A DNA stretch of 58,241 bases, taken from the NCBI GenBank assembly GCA_029974275.1, contig JARKSN010000212.1, positions 1 to 58,241 on the forward strand. Reading direction: 5' to 3'. The notes under the pieces are model-generated. The model was not told where the DNA came from. It did not search any database and saw nothing but the letters and a program-made list of their open reading frames with translations. The stretch is from Candidatus Hydrogenedentota bacterium. GTDB taxonomy: Bacteria; Hydrogenedentota; Hydrogenedentia; Hydrogenedentales; SLHB01. The position numbers and the translations under genes were made by a program. Shown piece by piece: positions 1 through 13,009 of this stretch. Position 1 is the stretch's first letter; every line of letters starts with the position of its first letter.

Positions 1-387
1 GCCGCCTTCCATGACCATGCTGACGAGATTTTTACCGATATCGTGCAAGTCGCCCTGCACGGTGCCGATGATGAACGTGCCCTTGTGCTGGGCGGCTCCG
101 CTTTCAAAGAAGGGGCGCAGGTGCTTCATGCCTGCCTGCATCGCTTTCGCCGCCATGAGCACGTCCGGAACGAAGACCTTGTTGTCGCGGAACTTTTCGC
201 CGATGCGGCCCATGCCGACGATAAGCCCCTTGCCCAAGATGTCGCTGGGCGCGACCCCATCGTTGATCGCCTTGGCGACCAATTCATCCGCGCCGTCCTG
301 GCCCTTCATGGCGGGCGGGTACGGCGACGCCGCATTGACTTTGCCCTTTTCGATACACAACGCGATCTGTTCGAGAAGCTCCGACAT
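1..387 (-). CDS. Corrinoid (B12-binding) protein of a methyltransferase system, 5' part; runs off the window start
   Basis: Not in the ORF track. My translation from ATG at 387 gives MSELLEQIALCIEKG...FVPDVLMAAKAM...GTVQGDLHDIGKNLV, containing the DxHxxG cobalamin motif. GGAG-rich RBS upstream. Confidence 0.92.
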   Translation of the reverse strand, partial: MSELLEQIALCIEKGKVNAASPYPPAMKGQDGADELVAKAINDGVAPSDILGKGLIVGMGRIGEKFRDNKVFVPDVLMAAKAMQAGMKHLRPFFESGAAQHKGTFIIGTVQGDLHDIGKNLVSMVMEGG

Positions 388-416
388 GGCGCCTACCCCC
401 ATCTCCCTTGCACGCC

Positions 417-1493
417 TCAGGCGTACGTTCCTAGTTCAAGACCTCGCTCGACAAAATGCCTATAGCTCGCATACTCAACCTGATTCGGAATCGAATGATC
501 CGAATGCAACACGTACCCGAACCGGCCTTTGACCATCGGTATCTTGGCGGCCAATTCCCGGTCAATCGCCGCCTTGTCATTCGTGTACAGAACGCGCACG
601 TCCATGCCGCCCATGAACGACAGTCGATCGCCGAATTCGCGGTACAATTCCAACAGGTCCATGCCGGCTTTCACTTCGATGACCTGCAGGCAATCAATGC
701 CGGATTCTATCATACCTGGAACCAGCGGCGCCACATAGCCGCACGAGTGCATGATCACGGGCAATCCCTTGCTCTTCGCGTAGTCGATGGTCCGCTTGTG
801 TCCCGGCTGGATGATGTCGCGGTACATATCGAGCGAAAAGAAAGGACGCTGCTTGAAGCCCATATCTTCGTAAAAGAACACCCCATCGGGATACCCTTCC
901 TCCTCAAACAGAATTTCCATCAAATTCACGGTCAGTTCGGCGTAGGCGTCGACCATATCGCGCACCCAATCCGGGTCGACGGCCATGCCCATCAGCATGT
1001 ATTCGTGGCCGCATACCGGGTGCATCAGTTCGAAAACGTTCACGCCGGCCCACGCGAAAAAACGGTCCTGTTCGGCGGCGCGGCGGCGAACGTCGCGATA
1101 GCCTTCGATATTGATGCGGCGGCGTTCCGGCTTGAGGAAAGGCTTGACGTGTTCTTCCCAGCCTGCGCGATCCCGGACGAGAAAATCGACGTGTTCCGGG
1201 GTGGCGTCGTGCAGCTTATGCAGCCGCAGCGTCGCGCCGTTGCCGTCTCGGACCAAGCGCGTCTCGTCGGTCTCCTCGATGATCTGGGGCTCGAAGTCAA
1301 GGTTGGCGACGCTGTTGAACACCCAAGCCATTTGCATGTCAAAGCCGAAATGATCTTCGAGCGACTCGCCCTCCTTCAGATGCCCCTCTTGAGTCCACTT
1401 CTTGTGCGTGTCCCCCCAGAAATGCTCGTAGACGCCGATGCGGTCCACCGGGCGGCGTTTGAGGATGTTGTGAATGCGTTCTCGGCTCGTCAT
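417..1493 (-). CDS. Uroporphyrinogen decarboxylase (URO-D/MtaA-CmuA) family protein, probable methyltransferase
   Basis: MTSRERI N-terminus, YEDMG, HSCG, GGMDV and HSDHSIP motifs; 29 bp upstream of the corrinoid gene. Confidence 0.85.
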   Translation of the reverse strand: MTSRERIHNILKRRPVDRIGVYEHFWGDTHKKWTQEGHLKEGESLEDHFGFDMQMAWVFNSVANLDFEPQIIEETDETRLVRDGNGATLRLHKLHDATPEHVDFLVRDRAGWEEHVKPFLKPERRRINIEGYRDVRRRAAEQDRFFAWAGVNVFELMHPVCGHEYMLMGMAVDPDWVRDMVDAYAELTVNLMEILFEEEGYPDGVFFYEDMGFKQRPFFSLDMYRDIIQPGHKRTIDYAKSKGLPVIMHSCGYVAPLVPGMIESGIDCLQVIEVKAGMDLLELYREFGDRLSFMGGMDVRVLYTNDKAAIDRELAAKIPMVKGRFGYVLHSDHSIPNQVEYASYRHFVERGLELGTYA

Positions 1494-1672
1494 GCGATGC
1501 CCCCTCCATGTTCACTCCGGGGTCTCTTGCCCGGATCGAGAAAGCAGCGTACCCAAACCGAAAAGAAACATGCAAATGCCCGTTCCGGCTCGCCGCGGGA
1601 TCGCATGGCCCGGCTTGCTGGCTTGGGCAACGCCGCCATGCGATAATGTCGCGGAACCGAGGGGCCGGGCAT

Positions 1673-3782
1673 ATGTCCTTGCGTTGGAAAGTGGCGGGCA
1701 TCCTGTTCGCGATATTGTTGCTCTACGTGGCGCTGGCCTATGCCATCGCGAGCCGGGTCGTGTTTTCGAGCTTCGAGGCGTTGGAACGCAAAGAGGCCGA
1801 GGAAAACTTGCAGCGATGCGTGTCGGCGATATGGCGCGAGGTCCAGCAAATCCAGGCGTTTGCATATGACTGGGCCTCGTGGGATGACACGTACCGATTC
1901 GTCGAGACGCGCGACCCGGCGTACGTTGAGACCAATCTCGCAGACGCCAGTTTCGTTCGGAATTCTCTTGGCTATATCGGTTTTGTCGACGTGAAAAACC
2001 AGACGGTGTGGAGTCGCGCCGTCGATACAGCCGCCCAAGCGGATCTGGAGGTCCCTGAGCTTTCGCGTGAAATATGGCCCCAAGATCACCCGCTGTTGGT
2101 CTCCGGAAACAGTCCGGAGGGGGCCTCCGGCATACTGCTTACCGCATCGGGGCCGCTTCTTGCAGCTTCACGGCCAATCTTGACCAGCATGAACGAGGGG
2201 CCGATCCGGGGCACGCTCATCATGGGCGCCTTCTTGAACGAACGTCTGGTTGAGACGTTGTGCAAACAGGTAGGCGTCCAATTCCGGCTCTTTCCCCTGT
2301 CCGTTCCGGACGCCATGCCCCGCGACATGCAGGAGATCGTGATCGAACTCAAAAACGCAACGAACGCCGTTTTCCGCCCCCTCGGCATGAAATCCATCAA
2401 CGCCTACGGCATGCTGCGCGATCTGAACGCCAAGCCGGCGCTGCTTGTCGAAGCCGTCACCCCCCCGCAGCATCACGCGCGAAGGAATGCGGGCGCAGCG
2501 CGTCGCCTTGGGGGCCAGCATCGGGGGAGGAGCGGTCTTGCTTCTGGGCATGCTCGCGATGCTCCGGCGGACAGTGGTGGACCCCATCGCTTCGCTGACG
2601 GGGCACGTCGTGTCGATCGGCAAGCACAACGACTTGTCCGCTCGGTTGGCGTTGACGCGCACCGATGAAATCGGCACGCTCGCCCGGGAATTCGACGCCA
2701 TGCTCGATCGCCTCGACCAGGATCGGAGGAGCCGGGAGAACGCCGAACATGCCTTGCGCGACAGCGAGGCCCGCTTGCGAGCCATTCTGGACACCGCTCC
2801 GGACGCCATCTTCACGTTGGACACGGAAGAACGGATCGCATCCTTGAATGAAGCCGCGTCGCGCCTCTTCGGCTACGAAGCCGCCGAAGCCGCGGGGATG
2901 CCCTTTTGCGCCCTCGTTCCGGGCGTTTTCGAAGACGCGTCCCCGGAACCGAACGGTTCCAAACCGCCGAGCGAAATTGAGATTCACGGCGTGCGAAAGG
3001 ATGGATCGCGTTTTCCCATTCATCTCATGCATTCCGCCGGCGCGTACGCTTCCGGCGCGTTCACGACGGTCATCGTCCGCGACATTACCGCGCTCAAACA
3101 CATGCACGAACGCGTGCTGCGCGCCCAAAACCTGGCCTTGCTGGGGCAAATGGGGGCTTCCGTGGCGCATGAGGTCCGGAATCCGCTGGCCGCCATCAGC
3201 GGGGCCATACAAGTCTTCGCCCACAGCCTGGACGCCGCCGATCCGCGCCGCGATGTGCTCGTCGAGGTCCTGGCGCAGACCCGCCGCATGGAACAGACCA
3301 TCAACGAGTTGCTCCAATTCGCGCGTCCGTGGCGCCCGCATTTCCGTCCCTTCGACCTCGTCGAATTGCTCCAGCGCATCGTGGCCGCCTGCGAAACAGA
3401 GAATGCCTTTGCGGCGATTTCCTTCCGGCTTTCCTGCACGGACTCCTGCATCGTCGTCGCCGATCCCGACCTTGTGCACCAGGTGACGCTCAATCTTTTT
3501 CAAAACGCCTCGCAGGCCATGGTCCACGGCGGGACCGTTTCGTGTCATCTTTTCGCCGATTCCGAGACGGTGCGGCTGCACATCAAAGACAACGGCCCCG
3601 GCATTCCCGCGGAAACGCAAGCGCGCATTTTCGAACCTTTTTTCACCACGCGCGCCCGGGGAACCGGTCTGGGCCTGCCGATATGCAAGCAGATCATGGA
3701 GGCGCACGGCGGGGCCATTTTTCTGCGCAGCGAACCCGGCGACGGCGTCGAAATCATCCTTGAATTCCCGAAAGGAGCGTGA
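1673..3782 (+). pseudogene. CHASE4-HAMP-PAS sensor histidine kinase, frameshifted at C7 (2460-2466); may be an intact gene with a sequencing error
   Basis: Frame 1 from ATG 1673 has a TM helix and CHASE4 (DWASWDDTYRF). Frame 2 has a TM helix, HAMP (DEIGTLAREFD), PAS, H-box HEVRNPL, and the NA, DNGPG and GTGLGL boxes. Removing one C joins them into 702 aa. Confidence 0.85.
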
Positions 3783-3787
3783 CATTC

Positions 3788-5158
3788 ATGGCATACCGGG
3801 TCTTGGTCGTCGATGACGAGAAACTGATACGTTGGTCCATCCGCGAACGCCTGCTGCAAGAGCGCCACGACGTTGTCGAGGCCGAAGACGGAGCCACCGC
3901 CCGCCGGCTTCTGGAACATACCGACATCGATCTCGCCCTGATCGATTTGCGCCTTCCCGATATGGACGGCATCGGCCTATTGCGCGACATGCGCGATCGC
4001 GTGCCGGACATGCCGGTCATCATTGTAACGGCCTATTCCACGGTGGACAGTGCGATCGATGCCATGAAGCAAGGAGCCGTCGATTATCTTACGAAGCCTT
4101 TCAATATGGACGAGCTGGCGTTGGCGGTGAACCGGGCCCTCGACGAACGTCAACTCCGGAACCGTCTCCACGCCCAGGTGGCGCAGGCCAAGACGCGCTT
4201 CGGCCTTGACCAGCTTGTCGGCGAGAGCCCTCACATGATCGCCATCAAGGAATTGGTGCGCAAGATTGCGCGCAGCGACGCCTCCACCGTGCTGATTCTG
4301 GGCGAAAGCGGAACGGGAAAAGACCTCCTGGCGCGGGCCATCCATTACGAATCGGCCCGGGCCGCGAACCCTTTCACGACCATCACCTGCACCGCCATTC
4401 CCGACTCGCTTCTGGAGTCGGAATTGTTCGGTCATGAGCGCGGCGCGTTCACCGATGCACATGCTCAAAAACGCGGGCTTCTCGAACTGGCCGAAGAGGG
4501 AACCATCTTTCTGGACGAAGTGGGCGACATGTCCCCCTCTCTACAGGCCAAACTATTACGCGCCATCGAAGACAAAACCTTCAAGCGCGTCGGCGGCGTT
4601 CACGAAATACGCGTCAACGCCCGCATCATCGCCGCCACCAACCAAAACCTCGATCTCGCCCTCAAATCGGGCCGTTTCCGGATTGATCTGTACTACCGCC
4701 TCAGCACGTTGCCCATCATCTTGCCGCCCCTGCGGGAACGACCCGGCGATCTGCCGCTGTTGGTCGATCATTTCCTCGCCGTGTACAACCGCGAATTTCA
4801 CCGTTCGATCGACGGCATCCAGGAAGAAGCCATGGACCGTTTGCGCGGCTACCACTGGCCGGGAAACGTGCGCGAATTGCGCAACGTCCTCGAACGCGCC
4901 GTGCTCCTTGCTTCCGGCGATCGCCTCGTGGAAAACGATATCCTGCTGGGGCACTTGACGATGCCGGGCTCCCACGAACCCGAGGGGCGATTGGTTCGCC
5001 TGCCCGAAAAGGGGTGCAACCTTGCCGAGGTGGAAAAGGACCTTGTCCTGCAAGCCCTCGGACGCACTCGCGGCAACCAGACGCAGGCCGCCACGCTCCT
5101 CGGTCTCAGCAGGGATCAGGTGCGATACCGAATGGACAAATTCGGGCTTCTCGGCTAG
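3788..5158 (+). CDS. Sigma-54-dependent response regulator (NtrC/AtoC family)
   Basis: REC domain (VVDDE, DLRLP), GESGTGK, ELFGHERGAFTDA, FLDE, WPGNVREL and a Fis-type HTH. AAAGGAG RBS. Confidence 0.95.
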   Translation: MAYRVLVVDDEKLIRWSIRERLLQERHDVVEAEDGATARRLLEHTDIDLALIDLRLPDMDGIGLLRDMRDRVPDMPVIIVTAYSTVDSAIDAMKQGAVDYLTKPFNMDELALAVNRALDERQLRNRLHAQVAQAKTRFGLDQLVGESPHMIAIKELVRKIARSDASTVLILGESGTGKDLLARAIHYESARAANPFTTITCTAIPDSLLESELFGHERGAFTDAHAQKRGLLELAEEGTIFLDEVGDMSPSLQAKLLRAIEDKTFKRVGGVHEIRVNARIIAATNQNLDLALKSGRFRIDLYYRLSTLPIILPPLRERPGDLPLLVDHFLAVYNREFHRSIDGIQEEAMDRLRGYHWPGNVRELRNVLERAVLLASGDRLVENDILLGHLTMPGSHEPEGRLVRLPEKGCNLAEVEKDLVLQALGRTRGNQTQAATLLGLSRDQVRYRMDKFGLLG

Positions 5159-5320
5159 CCTCTTCGGTGCCGCCGGGGACGTGTTCCAAGCATCGCGCCG
5201 GAACCGCCCCCCTACCAATCCCATTCGGGCCGTGCTACACTACCGCTGCTTGTTCGCACGCGCGATGCGGACGCGCGCGGAATGCTCAGGGCGCATAGGT
5301 CAGAACGGACGGAGAAAATC

Positions 5321-5932
5321 ATGACAGACGAGATCAAAAGCAAGAACATCACGTGGCATCATGCGGACATCACGCGGGAAGACCGTGAAAAAGAGAACGG
5401 GCACAGGGCCGTCGTGTTGTGGTTCACGGGCCTGTCGGGGTCGGGCAAATCCACCTTGGCGCATGCGGTCGAGAACGCGTTGTTCGAGGCGGGCTGCCGC
5501 ACCTATGTGTTGGACGGCGACAACATCCGGCACGGCCTGAACAAGAACCTCGGCTTTTCGCCGGAAGACCGCGAAGAAATCATCCGCCGCTTCGGCGAAG
5601 TCGCCAAACTGTTCACCGAGGCCGGCGTCATCGCATTGACGGCGTTCATCTCGCCATACCGGGCCGATCGCGACAAGGCCCGCGCGGCGGCGGGCGAGGG
5701 CAACTTCTACGAGATATACGTGAAATGCGATCTGGACGTTTGCGAACAACGAGACGTGAAGGGGCTTTATCAGAAGGCCCGGGCCGGGCTCATCCCAGAA
5801 TTCACCGGCATCAGCGCGCCGTATGAAGAGCCACTGAAAGCAGAACTCGTCGTCGACACGGCGAAGTTGTCGCTTGAAGAGAGCGCGAAAGCGGTGCTCG
5901 ACCTACTGCGCAAGAACGGCGTGATCGCATAG
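5321..5932 (+). CDS. cysC: Adenylyl-sulfate kinase
   Basis: WFTGLSGSGKST, LDGDNIRHGL, ISPYR, RDVKGLY and FTGISAPYE; GGAG RBS before ATG 5321. Confidence 0.96.
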   Translation: MTDEIKSKNITWHHADITREDREKENGHRAVVLWFTGLSGSGKSTLAHAVENALFEAGCRTYVLDGDNIRHGLNKNLGFSPEDREEIIRRFGEVAKLFTEAGVIALTAFISPYRADRDKARAAAGEGNFYEIYVKCDLDVCEQRDVKGLYQKARAGLIPEFTGISAPYEEPLKAELVVDTAKLSLEESAKAVLDLLRKNGVIA

Positions 5933-6077
5933 AATGACGTCGTAAGGCGTCTTAATCTTCGGGGTCTCGGACCCCAAGCGCCCGGTCGCTGGGCCGGGCG
6001 TGGCCGAAGGCGGAAACGGATGCGCGTTGTTCGCCGGTCGGCTGAATGAATTGCCCAAACAAGAAAGGACAGGCGGC

Positions 6078-7967
6078 ATGAAAACATGGGGAACCGTTGT
6101 ATCGCTGCTGCTGATTGGCGCTTCGTCATGGGCCGCCAATGGAGACAAACCCATCATGAGCACACATCCAAACGACAACGTGAAACCGGCGTTGACGACC
6201 GCGACAGACGCCTCGTTCGATCTGAACGGCTATCTGCGCGGGCGCATCGATCGCACCATTGCCAACTACTATATCTCGACCCCCGAGACCAGCCCCGCAA
6301 TTCTGCAGGTCCTGCGCGACCGCGACAGGAAACCCGTGCGCGATCCGCTGATGCCGTGGGCTGGCGAGTTCGCGGGCAAGTACCTCACCGGGGCGGAACT
6401 GAGCTGGCGACTCACGCGTAACGAGGACTTAAAGAAAGTCATCGATCAATTCGCGAAAGACCTCATCGCGTGCCAAGGCGAAAATGGTTATCTTGGGCCA
6501 TTCCCCCAGGAAACGCGTCTGACAGGCAAGAACTGGGATATCTGGGGTCACTACCATTGCATGTACGGTCTTATGCTCTACTATGAAGATACCCAGTGCG
6601 AGCCAGCCCTGACGGCCTGCAAAAGGGCTGCCGACCTGCTTGCCGCGACGTTCGGTCCGGGCGGCCCGGTTCTGACCAACGACGACGCGGGCGGCTCGAT
6701 GAACATGTCCGCGTGCCACTCTCTGGTGCTGCTGTACAAGAAAACCGGAGAGCGGCGCTACCTCGATCTCGCCAACTATATCGTTCACGAGGCCTTCAAT
6801 GAACCCGGCGCGGGCCGGTGGCTGGAGGACGCGCTGGCGGGCAAGCCCGTCACCGACTTCCCGCAGCACCGCTGGGAGTGCATCCATTCATGGCAGGCGC
6901 TCGCTGAACTCTATTGGCTCACGGGCGATGAACAGTACAAAAAAGCCTTCGAGCACATCTGGCGCTCGGGCGTGCAGGGCGACCGACACAACACCGGCGG
7001 CGTCACCTCGGGCGAAGGCTTCAAAGGCACGCCCTATCATGGCGAAGCCATCGAAACGTGTTGCACCGTCGCATGGCTGGCGATGTCGCTCGATATGCTG
7101 CGCATGACCGGCGACTCGACGGTCGCGGACGAGATCGAGTGGAGCACGCTGAATAGTGCGCTGGCCGCGATCCCGTACGGCGGGCGCGTGTGTGCGTACA
7201 ACGTGCCGATGGACGGCACGCGCTGCTTCGGCGTCGAACTGCCGTGGCAATCGCCGAAGGCCGGTCCAGACCTCAACTGCTGCGCGGTCAACGCAGGACG
7301 TCCCCTCGGGATGATCGCCGAGTGGGCGTTGATGCAAAAGGACAACGCGCTGTTCGTCAACTACTACGGACCTGGCGTCATGTCGGCAACGCTTCCTTCG
7401 GGCAATGCGATCACGTTGACGCAAGAGACGGACTACCCGCTTGATGGCACGGTCACCCTCAAGGTCAAGGCTAAGCGCGGCGAATCGTTTCCGATCAATC
7501 TGCGCATCCCGGCGTGGTCGCGCACGACCGCCGTCCGCGTCAACGGCGAACCCGTCGCAAACGTGCAACCGGGCGCCTATCTGACCATCGACCGCAAGTG
7601 GAAACGCAACGATGTAGTGACGATTGCCTTCGACTTCACGCCGCAATTCTGGAAGGGGGAGGAAGGATACAAGGGACAGATATCGGTCTATCGCGGTCCG
7701 TTGCTGTATGCGTACGACGCGCGCTATACCGACCTGAACCCCGATCAGGTCCCGGCTATCGACTGGAAGACCGTCTCGATGGAACCCGCGACATGGGACG
7801 GCCCGATCCCGCCGTGGTCGCTGATGACCCTCAAGACCGCCGACGGCGTCGCGTTGCCCGTAGTCGACCTGTCGAGCTCAGGTCAAACCGGCAATCAGTA
7901 CCGCTCGTGGCTGCCCGCGAAGGGGGATCCAGAGGCCGACGACGCAACCAGACATTGGCGGCGGTAA
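6078..7967 (+). CDS. Secreted glycoside hydrolase, GH127/GH146 (beta-L-arabinofuranosidase-like)
   Basis: Signal peptide, GYLG, ETCC and NCC Cys/Zn motifs, TDYP, LRIPAW and RGPL. Confidence 0.82.
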   Translation: MKTWGTVVSLLLIGASSWAANGDKPIMSTHPNDNVKPALTTATDASFDLNGYLRGRIDRTIANYYISTPETSPAILQVLRDRDRKPVRDPLMPWAGEFAGKYLTGAELSWRLTRNEDLKKVIDQFAKDLIACQGENGYLGPFPQETRLTGKNWDIWGHYHCMYGLMLYYEDTQCEPALTACKRAADLLAATFGPGGPVLTNDDAGGSMNMSACHSLVLLYKKTGERRYLDLANYIVHEAFNEPGAGRWLEDALAGKPVTDFPQHRWECIHSWQALAELYWLTGDEQYKKAFEHIWRSGVQGDRHNTGGVTSGEGFKGTPYHGEAIETCCTVAWLAMSLDMLRMTGDSTVADEIEWSTLNSALAAIPYGGRVCAYNVPMDGTRCFGVELPWQSPKAGPDLNCCAVNAGRPLGMIAEWALMQKDNALFVNYYGPGVMSATLPSGNAITLTQETDYPLDGTVTLKVKAKRGESFPINLRIPAWSRTTAVRVNGEPVANVQPGAYLTIDRKWKRNDVVTIAFDFTPQFWKGEEGYKGQISVYRGPLLYAYDARYTDLNPDQVPAIDWKTVSMEPATWDGPIPPWSLMTLKTADGVALPVVDLSSSGQTGNQYRSWLPAKGDPEADDATRHWRR

Positions 7968-8107
7968 CAAGGATATTTCCGGTCGCGCGCGCACGCGCCT
8001 GAGGCGCGGCGGCAGAGGACGCTTTCATAAGCTCCTTTCGCAGGGGGGATCTTTTTCCCTGAGCAAGAAGACGGCGGCATTGATGCGTTCCTGGCAGGGC
8101 GTTGCAA

Positions 8108-9568
8108 TTACGGCTGCGCGATCCCAAGCTGGGTCAACACCTCCGGGTTCGCTTCGTCCCATGCCAGCACTTTGTGGCACAAGTCGCAATCCTGCCGGAT
8201 TTTTCTGCCGTCCGCGCTCGTGTGATCGTCGTCGTGGCACCGGTAACATCCGGCATGATCGCCGCCGCGGATATTGTCGGAATAGACGCCCCACGTCACC
8301 TTCATTTTGGGAAAGACGTTCGCGCGGTATATGGCCTGTATTTCGCGGATGGCCCCCTCGATGCTTTCAGGCTTGGCGGCGGCAATCTCGCCATATTGCT
8401 GCTCGTAATACGTCCGCACGGTCCGGGCGATCGCATCGGCATCTCCCGGCTTGCCCGTCGCCGCTTCCAGGGCCTCCACGCCGATTTTCTTGATGAACGG
8501 CAGCGAAACGTCAATCCGCCCAGAGGCCAAGCCCTCGTCCATCGCGGGGCCGGGCATCTGAAACACATGCGTGGGCCGATTGTGGCAGTCAATGCAGTCC
8601 ATCGCGCGCGTTTCCGACTGCGCCGCTTGTTCCGGGGTTAACGGAGCGCCGCCGGCAAGGTATTCCGTCACGCGGCCATCCTTCTCCTGCACGCGGACAG
8701 ACAGTATCTTTTTTCGAGAGGCGTCCTCTGCGACGTAGGTGGTCTTCCTGTCGGGATCGATGTGCCAACTATGAATGCCTCTTCCCGCCGATCCGCCCCC
8801 GATATGCAACAACAGCACCGTCGAGGTCGGGCTGTTGGCTTCGTCGGGAGAAAAGGAGGCGGTGACTTTGAGGCGGTCTCCGGTGAATTTTTCGGGCCAA
8901 TGGCACTGCTCGCAGGTGTCCTGAGACGGCCTCAGGTTCCGCACCGGCGCGGGGATAGGGGTTTCGTAGGTATGGGCGAAAACGGCAAGGACTTGCCGCA
9001 GCCCCGAAATCTTGGCCTGAACGAACCACGGCGCGCCGGGACCGATATGGCAATCCGCACAGCTCACGCGCGCGTGCGGCGAGCGGACATAGGCGGTGTA
9101 TTCCGGTTCCATCACGGTATGACACACCGTTCCGCAAAACTCCGGCGAATCCATGTATTCCACGCCTTCGTAGCTGACAATGGAAATGATAAGCAAATTT
9201 ACGGCGGTGATCGCCACGAAAAGTCCTGCGACGCGGCGCGTGTGCGCTTTGTTGAGATCAATGACCGGATATGCTTCTCTGGAAGCGTCATCCCGCGAAA
9301 CGCCCTGCCGAGCGGCGCGGCGCTTGTCCCAATACGCGCCAATCGGAACCAACAACAGCCCCATGACAAAAACCGCCGGAAGAACAAGAAACGTCATGAT
9401 CGAAATATAGGGCGACTCCGTGATCTGCAGGAGCGTCACCACGAAAAGCCCCACAATCACCAAGCCGGTTGCGCTGGCGATTGTTCCTCCCAACAGCGTG
9501 ATAACGTTACGGCCAAACAACGTCATCAAAGCGGAAAGCCAAGGACTCTTCCTGTGGTGCATAAACAC
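8108..9568 (-). CDS. Membrane-anchored multiheme c-type cytochrome, NapC/NirT family (ImcH-like)
   Basis: Three N-terminal hydrophobic helices; CGTVCH, CADCH, CEQCH, CIDCH, CYRCH and CDLCH. Confidence 0.88.
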   Translation of the reverse strand: MFMHHRKSPWLSALMTLFGRNVITLLGGTIASATGLVIVGLFVVTLLQITESPYISIMTFLVLPAVFVMGLLLVPIGAYWDKRRAARQGVSRDDASREAYPVIDLNKAHTRRVAGLFVAITAVNLLIISIVSYEGVEYMDSPEFCGTVCHTVMEPEYTAYVRSPHARVSCADCHIGPGAPWFVQAKISGLRQVLAVFAHTYETPIPAPVRNLRPSQDTCEQCHWPEKFTGDRLKVTASFSPDEANSPTSTVLLLHIGGGSAGRGIHSWHIDPDRKTTYVAEDASRKKILSVRVQEKDGRVTEYLAGGAPLTPEQAAQSETRAMDCIDCHNRPTHVFQMPGPAMDEGLASGRIDVSLPFIKKIGVEALEAATGKPGDADAIARTVRTYYEQQYGEIAAAKPESIEGAIREIQAIYRANVFPKMKVTWGVYSDNIRGGDHAGCYRCHDDDHTSADGRKIRQDCDLCHKVLAWDEANPEVLTQLGIAQP

Positions 9569-9676
9569 GCCTCGCTTCTTTCAGTTTGGGCGCGCCCCGG
9601 TCGCGCCTCCCCTCTCCACGCCATATTTCGCCCGGGGCTAAAATTCCGGCGGAAAACCGTTACTGCACTTCTTCTC

Positions 9677-13006
<3,330 letters not shown>

Positions 13007-13009
13007 GGG

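Noticed and set aside
1494..1672. Sigma-54 promoter for the methyltransferase genes
   Set aside because: The best minus-strand candidates are GG-N11-GC or end in TTTC, so spacing or consensus is wrong.
5282..5320. Upstream-extended starts given by the ORF track (also 1508, 6000, 14092, 16149, 23061, 24917, 42378, 50785, 51375, 52040)
   Set aside because: Downstream starts fit the RBS position and family N-termini better, so I used those.
5575..5600. CysC reads EEIIRRFGE where EENIRRIGE is usual
   Set aside because: Two single-base differences could be base-call errors or neutral variation; this cannot be judged without reads.
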